The notes beneath the pieces were generated by a model that did no database searches, had not been told where the DNA came from, and was given only the letters and a program-made list of their open reading frames with translations. From Bacteroidetes bacterium GWA2_31_9b (GTDB lineage: Bacteria > Bacteroidota > Bacteroidia > Bacteroidales > UBA12077): a DNA stretch of 33,586 nucleotides. The position numbers were made by a program, and so were the translations under genes. The stretch is taken from the NCBI GenBank assembly GCA_001769005.1, contig MENE01000037.1:1-33586 (forward strand), given 5' to 3'. Of this stretch, positions 20,265 to 27,770 are shown in pieces (position 1 is the stretch's first letter; each line of letters opens with the position of its first letter).

Positions 20265-20289
20265 AAAATAAAATTAAGCAATAACTAAT

Positions 20290-20832
20290 ATGAAACTAAG
20301 TATATGGATCATTTTTTTTCTTGCAATGTTTTTAACAACATTAAAATCTTATAAAGTGTTATCTCAGAATCATATATGTGTACAAACAAATGGAAATATT
20401 AATGATGCTATTGATATTAACCTAAATTGGTTTAAGCAATTATCAGAAAATTATAATGAATCAACTTTTGTTGTATATTATGGTTTAGGAAGTCATTCCT
20501 ATCACTTTACAGCTTCAGACAATGATTTTGTGAAAGAAAATAGCGATTATTCAGATAATAATGATTATCAATTCGGTCAAGGTTCTGTTTTAATGGATAA
20601 TGGAAGAAAGCTTGATGTTAAATATTTATATAATAAAGAAAAATTTAAAGTTGAATTAGCTCGCTATTTAAAGAATGGAGAATTAGACACATCTTTTTTT
20701 AAAAACGGGAGAATAACAAAAACAGTTTATAAAAAAGACAAAAAGGGAAGTATGATCGTATTTAAATCAGATGAAAATTTGGTAATAGCCGGTTATACAG
20801 AATCAGACTCAACCTTTATTTATATTAAATAA
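20290..20832 (+). CDS. Hypothetical secreted protein
   Basis: 180 aa with an N-terminal signal peptide (IWIIFFLAMFLTTL). NGELDTSFFKNGRI resembles a single propeller-type repeat. Its 3' end is duplicated at 21200..21274. Confidence 0.55.
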   Translation: MKLSIWIIFFLAMFLTTLKSYKVLSQNHICVQTNGNINDAIDINLNWFKQLSENYNESTFVVYYGLGSHSYHFTASDNDFVKENSDYSDNNDYQFGQGSVLMDNGRKLDVKYLYNKEKFKVELARYLKNGELDTSFFKNGRITKTVYKKDKKGSMIVFKSDENLVIAGYTESDSTFIYIK

Positions 20833-20871
20833 CCAATATAAAAACAATCTATTTAACCAAAATCTAAATTT

Positions 20872-21045
20872 ATGTACGATCAAAGAAGCCACATTATTTG
20901 TGGCCCAGCTGCAGTTATAAATAAAGAACTAGCAATGTTAGCTTGTACTGAATATGCATGTCATTGTCAATGTAATCAAGGGAGCGGAAGTGGTGCTGGT
21001 GTTGAAGGTGGGCATGTTGTAATTTTCAAGCCTTCGTTGTTATAG
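20872..21045 (+). CDS. Putative RiPP precursor peptide A1 (57 aa), absent from the ORF track
   Basis: Hand translation: MYDQRSHIICGPAAVINKELAMLACTEYACHCQCNQGSGSGAGVEGGHVVIFKPSLL. It shares the leader-like motif, the CxCQC core, the Gly-rich linker and the hydrophobic tail with A2 and A3. Confidence 0.7.
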   Translation: MYDQRSHIICGPAAVINKELAMLACTEYACHCQCNQGSGSGAGVEGGHVVIFKPSLL

Positions 21046-21199
21046 GTAAAGATTTTTGATTCATTACTTTTCAATCGAAATAGCTATAATTAATTCTAAA
21101 AATAGATTAAAGAGAGAATTGTTAACCGGTTGAAAAGTTTATCATCATAAAAAATAAAACCAATTTGGTTTATTAAGAAACTCGAAAGTAAGTTTGATT

Positions 21200-21274
21200 A
21201 TGTTTAAATCAGATGAAAATTTGATTCTAGCCGGCTATGCAGAATCATGCTTCACTTTTGTGTACATAAAGTAG
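21200..21274 (+). pseudogene. Duplicated 3' fragment of the 20290..20832 gene
   Basis: It encodes MFKSDENLILAGYAESCFTFVYIK*, compared with VFKSDENLVIAGYTESDSTFIYIK* at the end of 20290..20832. Like the parent, it is followed about 40 nt later by a precursor gene. Confidence 0.6.
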
Positions 21275-21318
21275 CTATTGGGTTGCTTTATATTAATTAT
21301 TAATCTTAATTTAAAATC

Positions 21319-21489
21319 ATGAAAGAACAAAAAAAACATTTTATTTGCGGTCCAACAGCGGTTGTAAATAAAGAATTAGCAATGATGGCAGCATCAAGTT
21401 GTGCTTGTGCTTGCCAGTGTGGTTCACAAGTTGGAACTGGTAATGGTGGTGGATCAGGAGGTTCATTATTAGATTTACTTTCTTTTTAA
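21319..21489 (+). CDS. Putative RiPP precursor peptide A2 (56 aa), absent from the ORF track
   Basis: Hand translation: MKEQKKHFICGPTAVVNKELAMMAASSCACACQCGSQVGTGNGGGSGGSLLDLLSF. Confidence 0.75.
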   Translation: MKEQKKHFICGPTAVVNKELAMMAASSCACACQCGSQVGTGNGGGSGGSLLDLLSF

Positions 21490-21522
21490 TTAATTATTAT
21501 TAAACATTAAAAAAACAAAAAA

Positions 21523-21711
21523 ATGAAATCAGTAAAACATGTAATTAGTGGACCATCTTCAGTGGTTCAAAAAGAACTGGCTACTTTAGCAGCAGCTGGT
21601 TGTGGATGTCAATGTGGTTGCGGAAGTGCATCAGGTAGTGGTGGTGGAACTGGCGGCGGTGGCGGCGGCGGTGGCGTTGGCGATTTAATAAGCTTGCTTT
21701 CTTTATTATAA
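21523..21711 (+). CDS. Putative RiPP precursor peptide A3 (62 aa)
   Basis: ORF track: MKSVKHVISGPSSVVQKELATLAAAGCGCQCGCGSASGSGGGTGGGGGGGGVGDLISLLSLL. It starts 33 nt after A2 and has the same architecture as A1 and A2. Confidence 0.8.
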   Translation: MKSVKHVISGPSSVVQKELATLAAAGCGCQCGCGSASGSGGGTGGGGGGGGVGDLISLLSLL

Positions 21712-21725
21712 GAAAACAATAAATG

Positions 21726-21764
21726 GAGATGTATGCATTAATTTATTTAATGCATACAGATCTC
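21726..21764 (+). terminator. Stem-loop after the precursor genes (possible leaky terminator or attenuator)
   Basis: 12-bp perfect stem tgtatgcattaa / ttaatgcataca with a 5-nt loop, extendable with one bulge (gagat...agatctc). The downstream T-tract is weak. Confidence 0.45.
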
Positions 21765-21842
21765 TCTTTAATTATTAAGCGGGTATTTTGTAATATTTTA
21801 TTTGTTAAAGTTCAAAATATCAATTTTTCATATTAAGCTTAA

Positions 21843-22001
21843 AAAACAAAAAAGAATACACATAATCATATTATTTGTGGATTATCAGCAGTTGTCAAAA
21901 AAGCCAGTTTAGATACTATAGGATGCACTTTTCCATGCAGTTGTGGAATTGAATTAGGCGCTGAATATTCATATGGGGGTGGAGTAGCAATTACAAATTA
22001 A
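21843..22001 (+). pseudogene. Decayed fourth precursor-like copy (no start codon)
   Basis: The in-frame translation after the stop at 21840 is KTKKNTHNHIICGLSAVVKKASLDTIGCTFPCSCGIELGAEYSYGGGVAITN*. It retains H.IICG..AV and a C.....C.C segment. The position aligned to the A3 ATG reads aaaaaacaaaaaaGAA, and the KELA motif, Gly linker and Leu-rich tail are lost. Confidence 0.45.
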
Positions 22002-22038
22002 TTTTAAAATCGCTTTTAATCTTTTAAGATAAATGAGA

Positions 22039-22075
22039 TTTTGTATGAATCAAATATTGCTTGATGCATACAAAA
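22039..22075 (+). terminator. Second stem-loop related to the one at 21726
   Basis: tttgtatgaatcaa / ttgatgcatacaaa forms 14 bp with one mismatch and a 7-nt loop. It shares the gtatg.at...atgcatac core with the 21726 hairpin. Confidence 0.4.
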
Positions 22076-22151
22076 ACTAAATAGAAATAATAAAAATTTG
22101 GATTTCATAATTTTTGATTATCATTTAAAAATACTTACGTTAAACTTAACC

Positions 22152-23471
22152 ATGGATACACTAAAAAATTTTGAGAAAAGTTTTCTTATTGAAGAAATTA
22201 ACGAAAATAAATATATAATATATAATGTTGATAGACATATACCGATTATTGTTGATAAAACAGGGAAAAAGTTTTTTGATATTATTTTAAATAATAGAGA
22301 TTTAGAATCATGTAAAAAGAGCCTTTTGAAAAATGAATTCGATGATTTTGTACTATTTTTAAAAGAAATTGGCAATTTACAAGTATTGGATACATCACCT
22401 TCAGAAACGATTAAACCAAAAAACAACCCGCCAAAAACAGCTTATTTACACCTTACTTATAAATGTAATTTAAATTGTAATTATTGTTACAATAAAGATG
22501 TACGAAATAAATTTGTTGATCTCCCATTTGAAAAATGGAAAAATATAATTGACAAATTATTACCTACAACAAATTATTTTATTTTAACAGGTGGAGAACC
22601 ATTTCTATTTAAAGATCTAAAAAACATAATAAACTATATTCATTCCTATAATTCTGAATATCAAGTTGAGATATTATCAAACGGAATGATTAACTTTTCG
22701 GAATATTCAGATTCAAATGAAGTTTTTAACAATATTCATAGAATTACATTTAGTTGCGATAATTTTAAATCAAATAATCAGGTAAGAAAAGGATTTGAAA
22801 TAGAAGAATTTAAAAAGAATCTGGAATGGATTATTAAAAACGGATATGCAGAAAAAGTTGGTTTAAGTTCAGTTTATTATAAAGAAAATCTTGAGGGAAC
22901 TATTGAAGTTCAACAATATTGCAAAAGTCACTGCATGCAACATAGAAGAGTTCTAGTTATTCCTAATAATCGTGATGAAATCAATATTATGCCATCTTTA
23001 GAATCATTTCTAGAATCTCTAGGTTCTAACGAAGCAATTTATGACTTAACTACTTTTTTTAAGCGATTAAATTGTGGAGCTGGGGTTGGACTTATTAGTA
23101 TCGACCCTGAAGGAAATTGTTACCCTTGCCAGAATTTACATTATGATAAATTTAATTGTGGTAATATATTAAATAAATCATACAAAGAAATTCTTGATTC
23201 AGAAGTAATTAATCTTTTTAGATCGGATTTAATTGTTGAAAATATTTCTACCTGTAACGAATGTAAACTTAGATATATTTGTGGAGGAGGTTGCAGAGCT
23301 GCAAGCTACAGATTGGAAGGAAAAATTGATGCTTTTCCAGAAGTTATGTGTTCATATTACAAAAGCTTAGCTAAACACAAACTTATAAATGGTGTCTTTT
23401 TTACTCCCAGTGAATTATTAAATCGTAAAGATTCTATAAATAAATTAATAGAAAAAGAATTTATTATTTAA
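22152..23471 (+). CDS. Radical SAM / SPASM-domain peptide maturase with an RRE-like N-terminal domain
   Basis: CNLNCNYC (CxxxCxxC) at 22464-22487. GGEPFL SAM-binding motif. C-terminal cysteine pattern C326-x12-G-x4-C344 ... C386-x2-C389-x5-C395-x3-C399 ... C418 (ORF-track numbering). About 90 aa lie before the rSAM core. The ATG at 22152 is preferred over the track's TTG at 22098. Confidence 0.85.
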   Translation: MDTLKNFEKSFLIEEINENKYIIYNVDRHIPIIVDKTGKKFFDIILNNRDLESCKKSLLKNEFDDFVLFLKEIGNLQVLDTSPSETIKPKNNPPKTAYLHLTYKCNLNCNYCYNKDVRNKFVDLPFEKWKNIIDKLLPTTNYFILTGGEPFLFKDLKNIINYIHSYNSEYQVEILSNGMINFSEYSDSNEVFNNIHRITFSCDNFKSNNQVRKGFEIEEFKKNLEWIIKNGYAEKVGLSSVYYKENLEGTIEVQQYCKSHCMQHRRVLVIPNNRDEINIMPSLESFLESLGSNEAIYDLTTFFKRLNCGAGVGLISIDPEGNCYPCQNLHYDKFNCGNILNKSYKEILDSEVINLFRSDLIVENISTCNECKLRYICGGGCRAASYRLEGKIDAFPEVMCSYYKSLAKHKLINGVFFTPSELLNRKDSINKLIEKEFII

Positions 23472-23520
23472 TATTTTATAAAAAAAGATAAATGTTCGGG
23501 TTACTTTAATATATCAGATT

Positions 23521-25302
23521 ATGAACTTTAGTTTTAAAAATTCTTCATACAACATTGGCAAAGATAAATTTAACTGCTTGAAGCAGTATTTAATTAAGCC
23601 TAAAAAATATGCTATATGGGGAGGTGTTGCAATGATATTTAATATCCTTTTAATGCTGCCAACACCTCTTATTACAATGTATCTGATAGATCAGATTTTA
23701 CCTCAGAAGGATTTTCCGATGTTAAGTTTGGTTAGTGGATTGCTGGTAATATTTATCTTATTTAAATTTATTAGTTCATACTTTCAGAATTTATATTTTG
23801 TTAAGTTTAATGAGCTCGTAATATTTCATATTCAAATTGATTTAAACGAAAAAATACAATCTTTTACTGCCAGATATAGACAAAAACTTCAAACAGGTTA
23901 TTTAATGTCAAGAATTTCAAATGATCCCAATCGACTACATGGATTATTTGCTACTATTTTATTAACTGCTGTAAGCGATATTTTAACTTTTATTGTAGGA
24001 TTGATTATTATTTTCTTTATTCATTGGAAATTAGCTTTAGCGTCTCTTTTTATTTTGCCTTTTTTTATTTATGCAATTAATTATTTTAGTAAAAAAATCA
24101 GAGATACTGCAGAAGTAACTTATGAAGAAAGTGCACAAGTTTACAAAAAAATGCAAGAATCAATATCTTTAATTGATACATTCTTAATGTTTAATGCTCA
24201 AAAGTACGATGCAATAAAACTTGTTCAAAGAATGAGAAAATCGGTAGTTAGTTATATTCACTTATCTGTTTTGTCGAGTCTTTCAATGAATATAGCCGCT
24301 CTTATAAGTGGTATTGGACCTGTAGTTGTAATATGGTATGGAATGTATGAGATTATGAATGGGAATTTAACTTTAGGAGAATTAATTGCATTTAATGCTT
24401 TTATTGGATATCTCTTTGGTCCTGCAAACAGATTAATGAATGCAAATTCTAGTATTCAACAGTCACTCGCAGCATGGGATAGAATATATGAAATACTCAA
24501 TGAAAAGAAAAATGTACTTAAAAAATCTAAAAAAAATGTAAGAAATAAGATTCTAGGCCATGTTTCTTTCCAGAATGTAGCTTTTTCGTACGATGATCAA
24601 CCAGTATTAAAAAATATTAATTTAGAAATTGCTCCAAAAAGTATATTGGGAATTGTTGGTGAAAGTGGCTGCGGAAAGAGTACTCTGGTTAGCCTAATAC
24701 CTGTTTTAAATGAAAAAAATGAAGGTGAAATATTTATTGATGATTTACAAGTAGGTGATTATAACGTAAATACCTTAAGAGATCAAATTGCTTATGTAAA
24801 TCAGGAACCATTACTCTTCAATAATACAATACTAAATAATATTAAACTTGGTAATAAAAATGCGAGTCGTGATGAAATTATTCATGCTGCACATTTAGCC
24901 AAAATTAGTGATTTTATAGAATCTTTACCTGATGGATATGATTCAATAGTTGATGAAAGAGGATTAAATATGTCTGTAGGACAAAAACAACGAATTGCTA
25001 TTGCAAGGGCAATACTTAAGAAACCATCAATTTTAATTTTGGATGAATTCACATCAAACCTAGATTCAGAGTCGGAGTATGATTTGTTCGAAACACTTAA
25101 AGATTTCATGAAAGAACGAACTACAATTATTGTTGCTCACAGATTATCAACACTTAAATATGCAAATAAAATTGTTGTTCTTGATAAAGGGTGTATTGTA
25201 GAAGAAGGTAGCCATCAAGATCTTATGAAATTGGAAGGTTCATACAGCAACCTTTTTAATAAACAACACGCTAATGGCGAAATAAAAGTCCTTGTAAATT
25301 AA
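23521..25302 (+). CDS. ABC exporter, fused TMD-NBD half-transporter (no C39 peptidase domain)
   Basis: 593 aa. Six predicted TM segments begin around aa 30. Walker A GESGCGKST, signature MSVGQKQRIAIARA, Walker B ILILDEFTS, H-loop VAHRLST. Confidence 0.9.
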   Translation: MNFSFKNSSYNIGKDKFNCLKQYLIKPKKYAIWGGVAMIFNILLMLPTPLITMYLIDQILPQKDFPMLSLVSGLLVIFILFKFISSYFQNLYFVKFNELVIFHIQIDLNEKIQSFTARYRQKLQTGYLMSRISNDPNRLHGLFATILLTAVSDILTFIVGLIIIFFIHWKLALASLFILPFFIYAINYFSKKIRDTAEVTYEESAQVYKKMQESISLIDTFLMFNAQKYDAIKLVQRMRKSVVSYIHLSVLSSLSMNIAALISGIGPVVVIWYGMYEIMNGNLTLGELIAFNAFIGYLFGPANRLMNANSSIQQSLAAWDRIYEILNEKKNVLKKSKKNVRNKILGHVSFQNVAFSYDDQPVLKNINLEIAPKSILGIVGESGCGKSTLVSLIPVLNEKNEGEIFIDDLQVGDYNVNTLRDQIAYVNQEPLLFNNTILNNIKLGNKNASRDEIIHAAHLAKISDFIESLPDGYDSIVDERGLNMSVGQKQRIAIARAILKKPSILILDEFTSNLDSESEYDLFETLKDFMKERTTIIVAHRLSTLKYANKIVVLDKGCIVEEGSHQDLMKLEGSYSNLFNKQHANGEIKVLVN

Positions 25303-25357
25303 TAGTTCATTTTTCACTTAAATTGATTTAAATAATTATAACTCAAATTATGTAATT

Positions 25358-27751
25358 ATGAAATTCTCTTTGAAATTTTTATTAAGAAGATTATTTAGAA
25401 ATAAACTAACATCATTAATTAATATTTTTGGTTTAACAATTGGTATTGTTTGTTCATTTTTTATTTTAATATACATATCATATGAATTAAGCTTTGATAA
25501 GTTTCATTCAAATTATAAGCATATTTATAGAATAACAGAAGAAAGAACACTAACAGAGCAACCAAGAACTTTAGCAGTTACTTGCCCTCCAATTGCAGGA
25601 ATAATATCAAACGAGTTTCCTGAAATTAAAACTGTTCGCATACTGCCATATGAGGCCAATATATTTTTAGAAAATGAAATAAATTTTAAAGAAAACAAAT
25701 TCTATTTTACTGAAAATTCAATTTTTAATATTTTTGATTTCCACTTTATTGAAGGAAATAGTAAAGAAGCTCTTTCCAACCCTAATTCAATAGTTGTGTC
25801 AGAAAGTATAGCAAAAAAATATTTTGGCAATGAAAAAGCAATTGGTAGAATAATAAAACTCAATAATAAGGTTGATTTCGTTGTTACAGGAGTTGTTAAA
25901 ATTTTTTCAGGTAATTCGCATATTAAACTGGAAGTTTTAGCATCCTTAAATACCTTCTTTAACGATAAAAAACTTATGGAGTCGTGGTGGAAAACAGATT
26001 TTTATACTTATGTTTTGATCCCAGAAGCCAGGGATAATCAAAATTTCAAAGAAAGCATCCCCAACATTATCAACAATTATATGCCTGATGCAAAAGGACA
26101 GCGAATATTTACTCTTCAGCCATTGAGGAAAATACACCTGTATTCAAATTTGGAAAATGAATTGGAGAAAAACAGCGATATAAAGTATATCTATATATTT
26201 GTTTTTATTGCCTTACTTATTATTGTTATAGTATGTTTTAATTTCATGAATTTATCCACAGCAACTTTTATGAAAGCATCAAAAGAAGTTGGTTTAAGAA
26301 AGATTTTTGGAGCAAAAAAAAGAAATTTGTCACTTTTATATTTTGGAGAATCTATATTAATCTCTTTTTTCTCTTTACTAATAGCAATAATTATTGTTGA
26401 AACAACAATTCATTTTTTTAATTCATATTTTCCTGGTATATATGAATTTTACTTTCTAAATAAATTAAAACTCTATTCGTTTTTTTTCTTTATCACTTTT
26501 TTAATAGGAATATTTGCTGGAAGTTACCCTGCAATTTATTTGCCATCTCTAAAACCCGTAGATGCACTAAAAAAATTAAATAGAATTGGAAAAAGTAATA
26601 TTATAACCAGGAATGTTCTTATTGTTTGCCAATTTGTAATTGCCTGTGTAATGATTTCTTCAACATTTATTATTTATAAACAGTCACAATATATAAAAAA
26701 GCTGGATTTAGGTTTTGATAAGCAAAACCTATTAGTTCTTAATATCCCAAAGGAATTAAATTCAAAATATGAGCTTTATAAAGATTTACTAAAAGGAAAC
26801 AATAAAGTTATTGATGTATGTATTTCAGGCGGGGTTCCAGGTGTGCCGTTAACATCAGAATTTCCATATCAATTAGATAATGTTAACTATAAAGGTAGTT
26901 TGCCTAACATATTAACATTTATGATCGATTATGATTTTATTCAGACCTATGGTCTTCAAATAATTAAAGGTCGTGGATACGAAAAAAATAGTGAATTGGA
27001 CAAAGATAAATCATTTATATTAAATCAAAAGGCTGTAAATACTTTTGGTTGGGATGATCCTATTGGTAAATCGTTTACAATTCATCAATTTAATGGGAAA
27101 GAAATGGAGACAAAAAAAGGAACTGTTATTGGAGTAGTTAAGGATTTTAATTTTAAGTCTCTTAATACCTCAATTGAACCTCTTGTTTTAGAGATAGCAC
27201 CATCTGATATGTTTTATAACTCACTATCAATAAAGTATAAAAATGGAGCAGATCAGGAAGTTTTAAGTATTTCCAAAAAACAATTGAAAGAAATGGGAAT
27301 AGACGAACCAATTGAATATTATTTTCTAAGCGATAAGTTACAGTCAGATATGAAGAAACAAGAAAATCTAAAAAGCTTGATGTATTTGTTTACAATCTTA
27401 ATTGTAATATTAGCTTGCCTCGGATTATTTGGTTTAGTATCTTTTAGTCTTAATCAAAGATCTAAAGAAATAGGTATAAGGAAAGTTCATGGTAGTAATA
27501 CCTTTAATATTGTTTTTCTATTTTATAAACAATACTTGAAATTAATAATCTATTCAAACATAATTGCTATTCCTTTTACCTTTTTTATAATAAATAAATG
27601 GATGCAATATTTTGCTTATAAAACAACAGTTAATTGGACAGTATTTATAGTTTCTTTTATAATGCTCTTTATATTGACATTTATAACTGTCACTGTTATT
27701 ACCATTCGAAATGCTAGAATAAACCCAGCAATTACTTTAAAATACGAATAA
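25358..27751 (+). CDS. ABC transporter permease, double FtsX / MacB-like family
   Basis: 797 aa. It has the same architecture and the same termini (FRNK..SLINIFGLTIG ... NPAITLKYE) as 3885..6284. No MacB-type ATPase gene lies adjacent. Confidence 0.85.
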   Translation: MKFSLKFLLRRLFRNKLTSLINIFGLTIGIVCSFFILIYISYELSFDKFHSNYKHIYRITEERTLTEQPRTLAVTCPPIAGIISNEFPEIKTVRILPYEANIFLENEINFKENKFYFTENSIFNIFDFHFIEGNSKEALSNPNSIVVSESIAKKYFGNEKAIGRIIKLNNKVDFVVTGVVKIFSGNSHIKLEVLASLNTFFNDKKLMESWWKTDFYTYVLIPEARDNQNFKESIPNIINNYMPDAKGQRIFTLQPLRKIHLYSNLENELEKNSDIKYIYIFVFIALLIIVIVCFNFMNLSTATFMKASKEVGLRKIFGAKKRNLSLLYFGESILISFFSLLIAIIIVETTIHFFNSYFPGIYEFYFLNKLKLYSFFFFITFLIGIFAGSYPAIYLPSLKPVDALKKLNRIGKSNIITRNVLIVCQFVIACVMISSTFIIYKQSQYIKKLDLGFDKQNLLVLNIPKELNSKYELYKDLLKGNNKVIDVCISGGVPGVPLTSEFPYQLDNVNYKGSLPNILTFMIDYDFIQTYGLQIIKGRGYEKNSELDKDKSFILNQKAVNTFGWDDPIGKSFTIHQFNGKEMETKKGTVIGVVKDFNFKSLNTSIEPLVLEIAPSDMFYNSLSIKYKNGADQEVLSISKKQLKEMGIDEPIEYYFLSDKLQSDMKKQENLKSLMYLFTILIVILACLGLFGLVSFSLNQRSKEIGIRKVHGSNTFNIVFLFYKQYLKLIIYSNIIAIPFTFFIINKWMQYFAYKTTVNWTVFIVSFIMLFILTFITVTVITIRNARINPAITLKYE

Positions 27752-27770
27752 TACTTTAAACTTATAAAAA

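Noticed and set aside
20872-21711. Interpretation of A1-A3 as class II bacteriocins or double-glycine-leader peptides because they contain GG.
   Set aside because: The Gly runs lie C-terminal to the conserved Cys motif rather than at the end of an N-terminal leader. The adjacent ABC transporter lacks the C39 peptidase domain that cleaves GG leaders. The conserved part of the peptides is the N-terminus, consistent with a leader recognised by an RRE.
22098-22151. N-terminal extension of the rSAM ORF from a TTG start (MDFIIFDYHLKILTLNLT).
   Set aside because: It uses a non-ATG start and the 18 extra residues have no conserved look. An in-frame ATG at 22152 (MDTLKNFEKSF...) gives a sensible N-terminus for the RRE-like domain.
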